Origin: Candidatus Jordarchaeia archaeon
GTDB lineage: Archaea > Asgardarchaeota > Jordiarchaeia > Jordiarchaeales > Jordiarchaeaceae
Direction: 5' to 3'
Assembly (NCBI GenBank): GCA_029856435.1
Contig: JAHQXB010000123.1
Location: 1 to 60,269 of the forward strand
DNA: 60,269 nt
The position numbers and the translations under genes are program-made. The stretch's first letter is position 1. Each line of letters begins with the position of its first letter. Under the pieces are notes generated by a model, which made no database searches, was not told the origin of the DNA, and saw only the letters and a program-made list of their open reading frames with translations. Positions 9,041 through 20,170 of the stretch are shown here, in pieces.

Positions 9041-9904
9041 CTACTTTGAAAATTTTTTGATTACTGAGGCATCTATGCGGTTTTCGTTGAGGGCTAAATC
9101 TTGGTAGTCGATTCCCATCGCTAAACCTAAGAGCTGAGAATAATGAACTATGGGAATATCAATGGGTTTGTTTGGGGGCATTTGGCTCTGCTCATACATT
9201 AAGTAGCAAAATGGACACGCAGTGACCATTATATCAGCGTACCTTTTAACTGTTGAAAGCTTTTCCCTAGCTATTTCAGTGGCTAATTCGTTCCTCCGTT
9301 TTATTGTCAGCAATGGAGCGGAGCAACAGTCCAGCTTGCCTGGATAATCTATGCTAACTGCTCCTGCAATGTTAACTAGTTCATCTAGGGAAGTGGGGTC
9401 TTCAGGGTCATCAAAATTCATTATCTTGAAAGGCTTTAATAAGTGGCATCCGTAATGCACCGCTACCCTTAAACCCTCCAGAGGGTTCGAAACATGGGCG
9501 CGAATTCTGTCAATTCCCAAATCCTCCAAAAACATTCGCACAAAATGTTTAACCTCCACCTTTCCCCTAAACTCTCGATCTACCTCCGCAAGAATGTTGT
9601 TCACATCGTCTCTCAGTTCAACTTCCTTTTTCAGCGTGTTGTTGGCGTCTGTGAGGACTTCTGTGCAACCATTACACAAAGTAACAATGTTAACCCCCAT
9701 ATCCTCTGCTATGGATATGTTCCGAGCAGCCAAGGCAAGCGCGGTTCTGGGGTCTATACACTTTAAATAGGTAGTTCCACAACATCCCGCCCCCTCCATA
9801 TCCAAGAGCTCCACACCTAAAGCCTCAGCTACTTTTCTCGTGGAAACCTCATAGCTCGGAAGCCTAGCTAATGTCGTGCACCCCACAAAAAATGCATATC
9901 TCAT
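9041..9904 (-). CDS. hdrB: HdrB-like
   Basis: VGC...GCCG...CNGC and HYGCH...DCCS...CPFC. Confidence 0.92.
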   Translation of the reverse strand: MRYAFFVGCTTLARLPSYEVSTRKVAEALGVELLDMEGAGCCGTTYLKCIDPRTALALAARNISIAEDMGVNIVTLCNGCTEVLTDANNTLKKEVELRDDVNNILAEVDREFRGKVEVKHFVRMFLEDLGIDRIRAHVSNPLEGLRVAVHYGCHLLKPFKIMNFDDPEDPTSLDELVNIAGAVSIDYPGKLDCCSAPLLTIKRRNELATEIAREKLSTVKRYADIMVTACPFCYLMYEQSQMPPNKPIDIPIVHYSQLLGLAMGIDYQDLALNENRIDASVIKKFSK

Positions 9905-9910
9905 AAATTT

Positions 9911-10456
9911 TCAATCCTCCGCCAGTTCTATTCCCACAAGTTTGTCAAGGCCCGTCATTCTCATAATTTTTCTAACCTCATCAATGTCAACTTTGGGTAC
10001 AGGTGGGAGCTCCCTCATTTCCCTATCTTCCTCTATGAATTCAGTCATCTCATAAATATAACCATGACTAGCTAGGGCTTCAATAACCTTCTTCAAAGAA
10101 GGATGCAGGTAACCTTCCCTAGCCGCGACTCCTCGCAGAGCTGAAATTATCTCCGCCAGCTCCACATTCTGGGGGCAACGCTCAAGGCACGTGTAACACT
10201 GGGTGCACAGCCACAATAGATCTCCCTTAAAGAGCGCCTGCTTCATTCCAAGCTTGGTCATCATAGCTATCAATCTGGGCTTGTACTCCTTAAGGTGTCT
10301 CCCAACTGTGCAGTCAGCACTGCATGTGCCGCACTGGAAGCAGAGCATAAGCTTTTCGCATCCCGGAATTTTGCTAATCTCCTTCTGTAGGCTGGTATCC
10401 AAATCCTTGAGTTTTATGACTGTTTGCTTTTCATCAGAAGAATTTGCTTCAGTCAT
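9911..10456 (-). CDS. hdrC: HdrC-like
   Basis: CFQCGTCSADC and WLCTQCYTCLERCPQ. Confidence 0.92.
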   Translation of the reverse strand: MTEANSSDEKQTVIKLKDLDTSLQKEISKIPGCEKLMLCFQCGTCSADCTVGRHLKEYKPRLIAMMTKLGMKQALFKGDLLWLCTQCYTCLERCPQNVELAEIISALRGVAAREGYLHPSLKKVIEALASHGYIYEMTEFIEEDREMRELPPVPKVDIDEVRKIMRMTGLDKLVGIELAED

Positions 10457-10490
10457 TTTGAATCACTACTCTTCAATTTTATTCTCCCCA

Positions 10491-10835
10491 TCATCTAACC
10501 AACTCATATAGATACATGTTCTCTTTCTCACCCGCAAAGGTAACCCTTCCCATTCTTCTTAGGGCTAATAGGTGCTTAACTACTGCTTGTTCTGGAAGTC
10601 GGGTTGCCTTGGAAAGGTCTTTTACTGATAATGGGCCCTGTCCTTCGATTTCATTCATAATAAGCCATCTCTCCATCTCCTCTCTCATAATCTTCCTCAT
10701 AAGTTGCTCCAAACCTTCCTCGGTGATGGTTCCTGATTCCAAAAGGGCTTGGCTTCGCCCAATCAGCCATCTGACACGAATGTCTCCCAGAACTCCAACA
10801 GCCGCCTCTAATCTTTTTCTTAAATCTTCAGACAA
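10491..10835 (-). CDS. Stand-alone winged-helix protein homologous to the C-terminal extension of MvhD 15685-16455
   Basis: TTG at 10835 after GGAGG. GPLSVKDLSKATRLPEQAVVKHLLALRRMGRV is an HTH-wing pattern that aligns with HPLSVRELSERLNLRPQRVLSHIAAMRRKNLV. Confidence 0.75.
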   Translation of the reverse strand: MSEDLRKRLEAAVGVLGDIRVRWLIGRSQALLESGTITEEGLEQLMRKIMREEMERWLIMNEIEGQGPLSVKDLSKATRLPEQAVVKHLLALRRMGRVTFAGEKENMYLYELVR

Positions 10836-10842
10836 TCTGAGT

Positions 10843-11742
10843 TCAGCCTCCCGAACCACCTTCCAATATTTTTGAAATCCTAACCCTGTGATCATTTAAA
10901 GCCAGCTCGTCTGGTTCAATGCCTAAAGCCAGCGCTAGAAGCTCAGGATAGTGAAGCACTGGGAGCTCAAATTTCTCACCAAAAAGTTTCTCTATCCGGG
11001 ACTGATTAAGGTCGAAGGCCAGATAGCAAGAAGGACAAATAGTAATTAGGGCATCGGCTCCCACTTCCTTCATATGTCTAAGTTTGTCCCCCGCTAGTCT
11101 AAAAGGAATTTTTTCATCTATGGCCATAATTGGGTAGCCGCAACACTCCCTTTTATTCACGTAATCCAGACACGTGGCTCCCGTAGGTTCAATTAATTGT
11201 CTCAAAATTGTGGGATTCTCAGAGTCATCAAATTTCATGTACTCCCTTGGCCGCAGAATATGGCAACCATAATGCTCCACCACTTTGAGACCTCTATGTG
11301 GTTTTACAATTTTCTCCTTAAGTTTCTCAATGCCTACATTCTCCACCAATACCTGAACCAGATGTTTAACCTCTCTATTTCCCTTATACTCCATTCCATC
11401 CCGTTTCAAGAAATTGTTAATTTTCTCCCTAACTTTTTCATCCTCTCTAAGGATAGTGTTCACCTTGTGTAGAGTACCACTGCAGCCGGGACAGAGAGTC
11501 AATATATCAAGTTCCTCTCTTTCCGCTAAACAAAGGTTCCAAGCAGCCAAAACCATCATAACCTCGTGACTAATGGGATCTATGGGAAGACCACAGCAGT
11601 TAAACTCGGGCATATCCACTAACTCGACATCCAACCTGCTAAGAACCTTTCTTGCTGCAACCTCATAGCTGGGAACCCTATAGGGAATTAGACAGCCTAA
11701 ATACAGCAAGTAAGTTGAATCCGAAATTTTACTTCCCTCCAT
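10843..11742 (-). CDS. hdrB: HdrB-like
   Basis: LGC...NCCG...CPGC and HYGCH...ECCG...CPSC. Confidence 0.93.
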   Translation of the reverse strand: MEGSKISDSTYLLYLGCLIPYRVPSYEVAARKVLSRLDVELVDMPEFNCCGLPIDPISHEVMMVLAAWNLCLAEREELDILTLCPGCSGTLHKVNTILREDEKVREKINNFLKRDGMEYKGNREVKHLVQVLVENVGIEKLKEKIVKPHRGLKVVEHYGCHILRPREYMKFDDSENPTILRQLIEPTGATCLDYVNKRECCGYPIMAIDEKIPFRLAGDKLRHMKEVGADALITICPSCYLAFDLNQSRIEKLFGEKFELPVLHYPELLALALGIEPDELALNDHRVRISKILEGGSGG

Positions 11743-12250
11743 CCTTCTTTTTTGCCTTTTTTAGGAATCCAGCAATTTCTGCGAGTCTAGCAAGCTTTCT
11801 GGGGTTAGCCTTTGGTAATGGAGGAAGCCCTGCAGCCTCCCTCCTCTTCATTCTGGACTCCGATATTTCATAAGCGTAACCCGTTTCTAGAATGTTAAAA
11901 GCTAATTCCCTAAAACCATCTGGAATATATCCCTCTTCCACAGCAATGTTTCTAAGCATCCTCAGTAAGCTGGAAAACCTCACACCCCTCGGACAGCGGT
12001 CGGTACAAGTATAACAAGAAGCGCAAAGCCAAAGTTCACCAGCTGAAAGAACATCTGATTTTAACCCCAAAAGAACCATTCTCAATATCTTAAGAGGCCT
12101 GTATGCCCCGCTGAAGCGAGCCACGGGACAGTCCGCGGTACATGTCCCACACTGCATACAGAGCATGAGGTTCTCTATTTCTGGCACATGGCTGAGCTCA
12201 TATTTGAATTGGCGATCCGCCTCCGACAGTTTAATGACTTCTTCAGTCAT
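11729..12250 (-). CDS. hdrC: HdrC-like
   Basis: [12 protein letters not shown] and [16 protein letters not shown]. Confidence 0.93.
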   Translation of the reverse strand: MTEEVIKLSEADRQFKYELSHVPEIENLMLCMQCGTCTADCPVARFSGAYRPLKILRMVLLGLKSDVLSAGELWLCASCYTCTDRCPRGVRFSSLLRMLRNIAVEEGYIPDGFRELAFNILETGYAYEISESRMKRREAAGLPPLPKANPRKLARLAEIAGFLKKAKKKDGGK

Positions 12251-12684
12251 TTCCCATCACCTCCACCACTGAGTGGACTTGGACCCAGTTCCTTTATCTT
12301 TTGAGTCATTTCCTTCACAACCGCCGCAAATTTGTCTCCCTCCGAGGCAGAAATCCACTCCAACCTTAACCTTTCCGGCTCTATTCCTAGCTGTTTCAAA
12401 AGATTTCGGGTCAGGGCTATTCTACGCTGGGCTCTCAGGTTTCCTGTTAAGTAGTGGCAATCAGATGGTATGTGACATCCTGCCACTAGTACTGCGTCAG
12501 CACCGTTTTTGAAGGCTTCAAGTACAAATGTGGGGTCTATTCTGCCACTGCACATAACCCTGATTATTTTAACATTTGTGGGATACTGAAACCTACTCAC
12601 TCCCGCCAAATCGGCGCCAGCGTAGCTACACCAACTACAGCAAAAAGCCACTATCTTGGGTTCAAACTCAGCCACATCATCCAC
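12247..12684 (-). CDS. mvhD: MvhD/FlpD [2Fe-2S] subunit
   Basis: [15 protein letters not shown]...RVMCSGRID...[10 protein letters not shown]. Confidence 0.95.
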   Translation of the reverse strand: MDDVAEFEPKIVAFCCSWCSYAGADLAGVSRFQYPTNVKIIRVMCSGRIDPTFVLEAFKNGADAVLVAGCHIPSDCHYLTGNLRAQRRIALTRNLLKQLGIEPERLRLEWISASEGDKFAAVVKEMTQKIKELGPSPLSGGGDGK

Positions 12685-15600
12685 CTCCCAGTAAGGCTCT
12701 AATCTGAGCCAGAATCTGTTTATCAGTAAAATGCTCTATGGTTATCGCTCCCGAGGGACACGCGGCGCTACACAGCCCGCACCCCTTACAGAGGGCCTCT
12801 ATTATGTTTGAAACATTTCTCCCATTCTTTTCCACAATTTGCGCAGCTCCACTCTCACAGATGGATACACAGACTTTGCACGCAGCGCAGAGATCTTCGT
12901 CAACCTTAGCTATTGCACCCTCTATTTCCAGTGCTTCTTTGGATAGAATGGTGGCCGCTCGAGCAGCCGCGCCACAGGCTTGAGATATGCATTCATCCAT
13001 GAATTTTGGTGACTGTGCCAGCCCACAGAGAAAAATTCCCTCCGTGGCAAAATCAACTGGGCGAAGCTTCATATGTGCCTCCAGGAAAAATCCCTCCTTG
13101 CTTAAGGGTACTTTTAGCATCTGAGCCAAATTTTTGTTATCGGGGTTTGGATAGATCCCTGCACTTAACACAATTAGGTCGGGCTCAATTTCGATTTTCT
13201 TCTTAATTATGGGATCCCTGACCAGTACCCTGAGTGTCCCCTCATTTGCCACCTCAGGTTTGTGCTCTTCATCGTAGCGAATAAATATTACTCCCCTCCT
13301 TTGAGCTTCCTGATAGTATTTCTCCCGGAAACCATAAGTTCTCATATCCCTATATAGCACATAGACCTCTGTTTCTGGTTTTGACTCCTTAATTTTTAAA
13401 GCGTTCTTAATTGCACCAGAACAACAAACTCTGGAGCAGCTTGGGTGTTCACCATTTCTGGAGCCGATACACTGTATCATAACCACGGTATCCGCGCTGA
13501 ATTCCCCGTTTGCCAACTTCTCCTCTAATTCTAACTGGGTTAACACCCGGTCATCCATTCCATAAAAATACTCAGTGGGTTTATACTCAGTTCCACCCGT
13601 AGCTACAATTATTACCCCATGCTGAATCTCCCTCCTCTCCCCATTAACTAGTACAGTTGTCTTAAAGTTTCCAACATATCCCTCAACACCCACCACTTCC
13701 GCCTCTGTGTAAACATGTATTTTCCCGTTACCTTCTACTCTCCTTATCAAAGATTCAAGTCTCTCGCTGGGTTTGTCGCCGTTGAGAAGAAATTTTATTC
13801 TACGGAGATTTCCTCCAAGCTGTTTCTCCCTCTCCACCAAGTGTACCTCAAATCCCTGCTCTGCAAGCTCCAAAGCCGCAATCATTCCCGATAATCCCCC
13901 ACCAATGACTAAACCAACTGGTGTAATCTTTATCATTGGTTTTTGAAGGGGTTTAAGTAGTCTGGCTTTTGCCACAGCACTCCTCACTAGGTCTACGGCT
14001 TTCTGTGTTGCCTTCTCAGGCTCGTGCATGTGTACCCAGGAGCATTGGTCTCTTATGTTTGCCATTTCAAAGAGGTAGGGATTTAAGCCTCCTTCCCGAA
14101 TTGTGTCTCTGAAAAGAGGCTCATGTGTTCTTGGTGTACATGATGCCACCACAACACGGTTAAGGTCATGTTCCTTTATGGCTTCCACTATGCGTGCACC
14201 AGTGTCTTGAGAGCAAGTGTAAAGGTTGTGCTCCGCATATACCACGTTTGGAAGTGTTTTGGCATATTCCACTACTCTGGGTACGTCAACTACTCCACCA
14301 ATGTTTATCCCACAGTGGCAAACGAAAACTCCAATTCGAGGCTCCTTTCCCTCCACATTTTTCTCAGGTGGGTATTGCTTTTTAGCGATTAGTTTTCCCC
14401 TGGCCGAGGATATGATGCCTCCCGCTTTGGCGGCAGCACCGCTTGCTTGCGCTACACTGTCTGGAATGTCCTTGGGGGAAGAGAATGCTCCACAAACGTA
14501 GACACCTGGCACCGAGCTTTCAAGTGGGGCAAAATCGTCTGTTTTGCAGAACCCATACTCGTTAAGATCTATGCCCAGTTTTTCCGCTATTTCCCGGGAA
14601 TTTCTAGGTGGTTTCATTCCAACTGAGAGTACTACAAGGTCAAATTCTTCCTCTTTAGGCTCGCCGTCTTCAATATACTTTACAAGAAGATTGTGCGACT
14701 TGGGCACTTCCTCTACGCTGGCAACCCTTGATCTGACAAATCTCACCCCATATTCTTCCTCAGCCCTTTTATAGTAATCGTCGAACTCTTTTCCATAGGA
14801 ACGCATATCTATGAAAAATATGGTGCAATCTAGGGGGCTCTGAGTATGTTCCTTAGCAATCACCGCTTCCTTGATTGCAAACATACAACATACAGCGGAG
14901 CAGTAACTGTTCCCCAGACGGGTGTCACGAGAGCCAACACACTGTATAAACGCAATATTTTTGGGAATCTCACCATCGTAGGGACGTATGACTAAACCAC
15001 CATAGGGTCCGGAAGCACTAAGGATACGTTCAAACTCTATACTTGACACTACATTAGGGAAGCGCCCATAACCATATTCCGGGAGGGCTTCCGCCTCAAA
15101 TTCCTCAAATCCCGGTGCAAGTATTATGGAGCCTACATCCAAAACTATATCTTGCTCCTTTTGCTCATATTCGATTGCCTTCGCCCTGCATACCTCGCTA
15201 CATATCCCACATCCTATACATTTTTCTTTATCAATTGAGTATACTAAAGGAACAGCCTGTGGGTACCTAACGAATATTCCCCCCCGATTACCCAATCCTT
15301 CATTGAACTCATCAATAGCCTCAACAGGACACCACCTAGCACACACCCCACACCCCGTACACTTCCCCTCATTAACACGTCTAGGCCTCTTAGTAATTGA
15401 AACTTTGAAGTGGCCTGCACCACCTTCTACGCTCTTTATTGAGGCATTAGTTAAAAGTTGAATATTGGGGTGTCTCCCACAACCAACCAGCTTTGGCGCA
15501 AGAATACACATAGCGCAATCATTTGTGGGGAAGGTCTTATCCAGTTGAGCCATCACACCCCCAATTGAAGGCGTTTCATCCATCAAATAAACTTTGAAGC

Positions 15601-15688
15601 CAGAGTCTCCCAAATCAAGAGCGGCCTGAATTCCAGCTATTCCACCTCCCACAACTAGTACCGCCCCAACCTTATCCTCCACATTCAC
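12677..15688 (-). CDS. hdrA: Large HdrA-like flavoprotein with two FAD domains (1003 aa)
   Basis: Two GxGxxG/CxGSR/CSxxCC units, [11 protein letters not shown], ferredoxin insert, internal [13 protein letters not shown] domain, C-terminal ferredoxin. Confidence 0.94.
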   Translation of the reverse strand: MNVEDKVGAVLVVGGGIAGIQAALDLGDSGFKVYLMDETPSIGGVMAQLDKTFPTNDCAMCILAPKLVGCGRHPNIQLLTNASIKSVEGGAGHFKVSITKRPRRVNEGKCTGCGVCARWCPVEAIDEFNEGLGNRGGIFVRYPQAVPLVYSIDKEKCIGCGICSEVCRAKAIEYEQKEQDIVLDVGSIILAPGFEEFEAEALPEYGYGRFPNVVSSIEFERILSASGPYGGLVIRPYDGEIPKNIAFIQCVGSRDTRLGNSYCSAVCCMFAIKEAVIAKEHTQSPLDCTIFFIDMRSYGKEFDDYYKRAEEEYGVRFVRSRVASVEEVPKSHNLLVKYIEDGEPKEEEFDLVVLSVGMKPPRNSREIAEKLGIDLNEYGFCKTDDFAPLESSVPGVYVCGAFSSPKDIPDSVAQASGAAAKAGGIISSARGKLIAKKQYPPEKNVEGKEPRIGVFVCHCGINIGGVVDVPRVVEYAKTLPNVVYAEHNLYTCSQDTGARIVEAIKEHDLNRVVVASCTPRTHEPLFRDTIREGGLNPYLFEMANIRDQCSWVHMHEPEKATQKAVDLVRSAVAKARLLKPLQKPMIKITPVGLVIGGGLSGMIAALELAEQGFEVHLVEREKQLGGNLRRIKFLLNGDKPSERLESLIRRVEGNGKIHVYTEAEVVGVEGYVGNFKTTVLVNGERREIQHGVIIVATGGTEYKPTEYFYGMDDRVLTQLELEEKLANGEFSADTVVMIQCIGSRNGEHPSCSRVCCSGAIKNALKIKESKPETEVYVLYRDMRTYGFREKYYQEAQRRGVIFIRYDEEHKPEVANEGTLRVLVRDPIIKKKIEIEPDLIVLSAGIYPNPDNKNLAQMLKVPLSKEGFFLEAHMKLRPVDFATEGIFLCGLAQSPKFMDECISQACGAAARAATILSKEALEIEGAIAKVDEDLCAACKVCVSICESGAAQIVEKNGRNVSNIIEALCKGCGLCSAACPSGAITIEHFTDKQILAQIRALLGGG

Positions 15689-16455
15689 ACCTCCAAAGCT
15701 GTATATAGAGGAGACGTTCCCTCAATTCTTTCGACCGCCACCAAGTTTTTCCGCCGCATAGCTGCAATGTGGCTCAGCACCCTTTGGGGGCGCAGATTCA
15801 GTCTTTCAGAAAGCTCCCTAACTGAGAGGGGATGGTCTTTTAACATACGGAGTATTCTGTGTCGGTCAAATTCGTCATTCATGTACTCAGCTAATCTCTT
15901 CTCAAACTCTTCCTTTGATACCACTTCTCCATACACGTTTCCCTTCTCGGTAATCTGTCTCTTCTTACCAACCAGTTCTCGTAAACGTACATCAGCAACA
16001 GTATCCCTGACCACTTCCAATAGTTCCAGTACGTTTTTGTCCGGGTTTTCTCCAGCTAAGGGCGATGGACCTAAATGTATTAGCTGGTTTGTGAAGTCTT
16101 TGACAACATCTGCAAAAAGAGCTCCGCCCGAAGCTGGGATCCATTCCAGACGTAGTCTTTCTGGCTCCAAACCGGTTTTGGCTATCAAATTTTTCAAAAT
16201 TTTTATTCTAACTTCTGCGTTGAGGTTGCCCTCCACGTAGTGGCAGTCGCCCGGAAGGCACCCTGCAATTAAAACTCCATCAGCGCCATTAATGAGAGTG
16301 TCCACTACGATTACTGGGTCAATTCTGCCACTACACATCAACCTCACAATGCGTATGGTTGGAGGGTAACTAATTCTACTCATGCCCGCTAAGTCGGCGG
16401 CCGAGTAGGCACACCAATTGCACAGAAACCCAACTATTTTCGGCTCATAACTCAT
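15685..16455 (-). CDS. mvhD: MvhD fused to a C-terminal winged-helix domain
   Basis: FLCNWCAYSAADLAG...RLMCSGRID...GCLPGDCHY, followed by a ~120-aa extension ending in a wHTH pattern. Confidence 0.9.
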   Translation of the reverse strand: MSYEPKIVGFLCNWCAYSAADLAGMSRISYPPTIRIVRLMCSGRIDPVIVVDTLINGADGVLIAGCLPGDCHYVEGNLNAEVRIKILKNLIAKTGLEPERLRLEWIPASGGALFADVVKDFTNQLIHLGPSPLAGENPDKNVLELLEVVRDTVADVRLRELVGKKRQITEKGNVYGEVVSKEEFEKRLAEYMNDEFDRHRILRMLKDHPLSVRELSERLNLRPQRVLSHIAAMRRKNLVAVERIEGTSPLYTALEV

Positions 16456-18401
16456 AGTTCTCCCCTTCCTAATGCGGCGAGTGATTGGGCGAGAATTTGT
16501 TCATCAGTAAAATGAAATATGGTGATAGCTCTTGCTGGGCAACTTGCGGCGCAGGCGCCACAACCCTTACATAGAATCTCTGTGACTTGCGCTTTTCCCT
16601 TCTCACCCTTCTTTATTGCTCCATAAGGACATATACCCTGGCAAGTTCCGCACTCAATACAAAGATCTTCATTAACCGAGGCTACTATGGGCTCTACGTC
16701 CACTTTCCCTTTGGACATAGGAATAGAGGCCCTTGCTGCGGCTCCACATGCCTGAACTATGCACTCGGTAATATCCTTGGGAAATTGGGCGGCGCCAGCA
16801 AGATATATCCCCTCAGAGTTTGTGTCGAGAGGCTTGAGCTTAGGATGTGCTTCACGGAAAAAGCCATCTGGTGTACGTGTGACCCCTATTTTTGAGCCCA
16901 ACTCGGCGGAGTCCTTTCTGGGAGTCATAGCTTCAGCAAGAATCAGGAGATCAGTGGGAATCTTAATAGTCATTCCCAGTGTGGGATCATAGACCACTAC
17001 CTGAATCCGTGAGTCGTCTGGTCTGGAAACCTTTGGGGGGTTATCTGGTGTGTACCTGAAGAAATTTATTCCTGCTAGTCGCGCTTCTCCATAAAGTTCT
17101 TCTTGTCCTTCACCAAAGCTTCTTATATCTCGGTAAAGAATGGAGACCTGCGTTTCCGGATAATCTTTTTTGATGAGCATGGCGTTTTTTAATGCCACCG
17201 AGCAGCAGACTCTGGAGCAATATTGCCTATGGGGGTTTCTGGAACCCACACAAAGAATAAAAACTATGTTCTTGGGCACCTGTCCATTGGAAGGTTTTAC
17301 TAACCGCCCATTGGTGGGACCATTGTTGCTGAGCATTCTTTCCAGTTGGAATTGAGTGATTACATCTTCGTACTCTCCGAAGCCATACTCACCTTGTGGC
17401 AAATAGGGATCATAACCGGTGGCAAGAATAATTGTTCCCACCGAAATGTTTTTGCTTTGGGGTTTGCTGTCCAAAGAAATGGCACCTTGCTTGCAGACCT
17501 TGACGCACTCCCCGCAGCGTGTGCAACTATCCTCATCAATAGTAAGAATTCTGGGCACAGCGTCATTGTAGGGGATATATATGGCCTTCCTAGTGTTTAG
17601 TCCAAAGTTAAACTCGTCTGGCACCTCTACGCGGCATACCTCTAAGCATTTCCCGCACAGGTTGCAGTTCTGGTTAACGAAGCGGGGTGTTATCTTTAAC
17701 TTTATTTCAAAGTTGCCAATATAGCCGCCTACTTCCTCGACTTCCGTGTTAGTGAATACTTCAATATTCGGATGGCCCGTTAATGCGTTCAACATCGGTT
17801 TCAGAATTTCTGACGCTCTTTCATTGGTTAAAATTACCCTGTTTAACTGTGCCACTCTTCCTCCAAGATAGGGAGACCTCTCCACAAGATATGTAGAAAA
17901 CCCTCTATTGGCCATTTCCAAAGCTGCCCGTATTCCAGTTATTCCTCCACCCACGATTAGAGTTGCGGGTTTAACTTGAACTTCCCTTTTCTCTAAGGGT
18001 TGAAGCAGTCGAGCCTTAGCAACAGCCATTCTTAATATATCCTTTGCCTTCTCAGTGGCCTTTACGGGATTATTTGCATGGGCCCACGAACACTGCTCTC
18101 GAAGATTAGCCATTTCAAAAAGATACCGGTTTAAACCAGCCTCCTCAACAACGGAGCGGAATGTGGATTCATGCATTTGAGGAGAACAGGAAGCCACAAC
18201 AACCCTATTTAAATTGTAGTCTTTGATATCCTTTTTTATTAGTTCCTGGCCGGGCTCCGAACACATGTAAACGTAGTGCCTCGCAATCACAACATCCGGA
18301 AGTTTTCCCGTGGCTTCCGCCACCTTTTCAACGTCAATTACTCCCGCAATATTCAATCCACAATGGCAAATATAGCACCCAACACGTAATTCTTCCTCCA
18401 T
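16452..18401 (-). CDS. hdrA: HdrA-like flavoprotein, half-B type with ferredoxin insert (649 aa)
   Basis: YICHCGLNI, GGGITG, no DCxxC motif, CNLCGKC/CTRCGEC insert, YCSRVCC, C-terminal ferredoxin. Confidence 0.93.
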   Translation of the reverse strand: MEEELRVGCYICHCGLNIAGVIDVEKVAEATGKLPDVVIARHYVYMCSEPGQELIKKDIKDYNLNRVVVASCSPQMHESTFRSVVEEAGLNRYLFEMANLREQCSWAHANNPVKATEKAKDILRMAVAKARLLQPLEKREVQVKPATLIVGGGITGIRAALEMANRGFSTYLVERSPYLGGRVAQLNRVILTNERASEILKPMLNALTGHPNIEVFTNTEVEEVGGYIGNFEIKLKITPRFVNQNCNLCGKCLEVCRVEVPDEFNFGLNTRKAIYIPYNDAVPRILTIDEDSCTRCGECVKVCKQGAISLDSKPQSKNISVGTIILATGYDPYLPQGEYGFGEYEDVITQFQLERMLSNNGPTNGRLVKPSNGQVPKNIVFILCVGSRNPHRQYCSRVCCSVALKNAMLIKKDYPETQVSILYRDIRSFGEGQEELYGEARLAGINFFRYTPDNPPKVSRPDDSRIQVVVYDPTLGMTIKIPTDLLILAEAMTPRKDSAELGSKIGVTRTPDGFFREAHPKLKPLDTNSEGIYLAGAAQFPKDITECIVQACGAAARASIPMSKGKVDVEPIVASVNEDLCIECGTCQGICPYGAIKKGEKGKAQVTEILCKGCGACAASCPARAITIFHFTDEQILAQSLAALGRGEL

Positions 18402-18402
18402 A

Positions 18403-19719
18403 CTACTTCCTCCTTCTCAGAAAAGTTACCGCCTTCATGGCAGCCGCGCTAGCTTCGGATACACTGTCTGGGACATCCTTGGGACTCAAAGCTGTTCCCG
18501 CCACAAAAATGCCCGGAACTTTTGTTGAAACAGTATCAACCTTGGCGTCTGCCTCCTCTATGTAACCATACTCATCCAGAGGCACTTCCAATATTTTGCT
18601 CAACTCTGCTATTCCGTCCGGTGGCGCTAAACCCACAGAAAGAACCACCATCTCGAATTCCTCCTGTAAAATCTCCCCAGTTTCGGTGTCCTCAGCTCTC
18701 ACTATCAGATTCTGGTTTTCTGGAATCTCGTAAATTCTTGCCACCCTTCCCCGCTTGAATTGCACCTTGAACTCTTCCTTAGCCCTTTGGTATAGTTCTT
18801 CAAAACCTTTACCGTAGGTTCTAATATCCATGTAAAAGATGGTGACGTCAACATCAGGTATATGCTCCTTAAGCAGTATACTGTCCTTTATAGCATACAT
18901 ACAACAGACTCTGGAACAGTAGGGATACCCATGGTGCGAGTCCCTTGAACCCACACACTGAACAAAAGCCACTCTTTTAGGTATGCAGCCATCTGAGCGT
19001 CTCAAAATATGTCCCGCAGTCGGCCCAGCGGCAGAGAGCAGTCTCTCAAGCTCCAAGGCTGTTAAAACATTCGCATATTTTCCGTAGCCGTAAGCCTTCT
19101 TTCTTTTAGCGTCAAAAGGTTTATAGCCAGTAGCAATAATAATCGCCCCCACATTGAGGTTAACCTCCTCAGGCACCTGATCCAAGTTTACTGCCCCCGC
19201 CCCTATGGATTCACATATCCTTTTGCAGAGCTCACACCTAATACAGTGCTCTTCATCTATCGTGTATTTTAGTGGAACTGCCTGAGGAAAAGGCACATAA
19301 ATCGCCTTCCGAACATCCATCCCAGCGTTAAAATCGTCAGAAACTTCCACTGGGCAGTGTCTGGCGCAAACCCCACACCCCGTACACTTGGATACGTCAA
19401 CATACCTTGGCTTTTTCACAATCTTTACTTCAAAACCTCTATCGTTTCTCTTAACTCTTTTTACTTCGGAATAAGTTAGAAGCTCAACATTGGGATGCCT
19501 GCCGACGTCCACCATTTTTGGGGTAAGGATACAAGCTGAGCAGTCAAGTGTGGGAAAAGTCTTATCTAACATAGCCATATGTCCTCCCACACTGGGTGTA
19601 CTCTCAACCACATAGGCTTTTACTCCCTGGTCAGCTACGTCTAGTGCGGCCTGAATTCCCGCTATGCCTCCACCTATTATGAGAACAACTTCTTTCTCAT
19701 TCAAGCAGTTTGCCCCCAT
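18403..19719 (-). CDS. hdrA: HdrA-like flavoprotein, half-A type (438 aa)
   Basis: GGGIAG, DKTFPTLDCSAC, ferredoxin insert, YCSRVCCMYAIK. Lacks the N-terminal CxCG domain and the C-terminal ferredoxin. Confidence 0.92.
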   Translation of the reverse strand: MGANCLNEKEVVLIIGGGIAGIQAALDVADQGVKAYVVESTPSVGGHMAMLDKTFPTLDCSACILTPKMVDVGRHPNVELLTYSEVKRVKRNDRGFEVKIVKKPRYVDVSKCTGCGVCARHCPVEVSDDFNAGMDVRKAIYVPFPQAVPLKYTIDEEHCIRCELCKRICESIGAGAVNLDQVPEEVNLNVGAIIIATGYKPFDAKRKKAYGYGKYANVLTALELERLLSAAGPTAGHILRRSDGCIPKRVAFVQCVGSRDSHHGYPYCSRVCCMYAIKDSILLKEHIPDVDVTIFYMDIRTYGKGFEELYQRAKEEFKVQFKRGRVARIYEIPENQNLIVRAEDTETGEILQEEFEMVVLSVGLAPPDGIAELSKILEVPLDEYGYIEEADAKVDTVSTKVPGIFVAGTALSPKDVPDSVSEASAAAMKAVTFLRRRK

Positions 19720-20147
19720 TATTTTCTTAAAAGTAGCGGTCCCATTTTTTTAAGCTCCTCAACCATCTCTTGAACTACTTGTGCAAATCTTCCCCCCTCC
19801 AAAGCGGATATCCATTCTATCCGCAGCCGCGCCGGATTAACGCCAATCTCTTCCATGAGCATTTTCAAAAACTTGACCCTGGCTTCTGCCTGTCTATTTC
19901 CCCCATTGTATCGGCAATAGTTGGGGTGGCATCCAGCAATGATCACCCCATCAGCTCCATTTAAGAAAGCCTTCACCACAAATAGTGGATCCACTCGGCC
20001 AGTGCACATAACTCTAATTATGTGAACGTTAGGTGGATAAAATGTTCTACTTATTCCCGCCTGGTCAGCACTAAAATAACTGCTCCAATTACAGGTAAAA
20101 GCCACTATTTTTGGCTCAAACTCCTTTATTCCCTCTTCTTCCTCCAC
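19719..20147 (-). CDS. mvhD: MvhD-like subunit with CNWS variant
   Basis: FTCNWSSYFSADQAG...RVMCTGRVD...GCHPNYCRY. Confidence 0.92.
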   Translation of the reverse strand: MEEEEGIKEFEPKIVAFTCNWSSYFSADQAGISRTFYPPNVHIIRVMCTGRVDPLFVVKAFLNGADGVIIAGCHPNYCRYNGGNRQAEARVKFLKMLMEEIGVNPARLRIEWISALEGGRFAQVVQEMVEELKKMGPLLLRK

Positions 20148-20170
20148 TTTGCCAACCTCTTCTTATTCTT

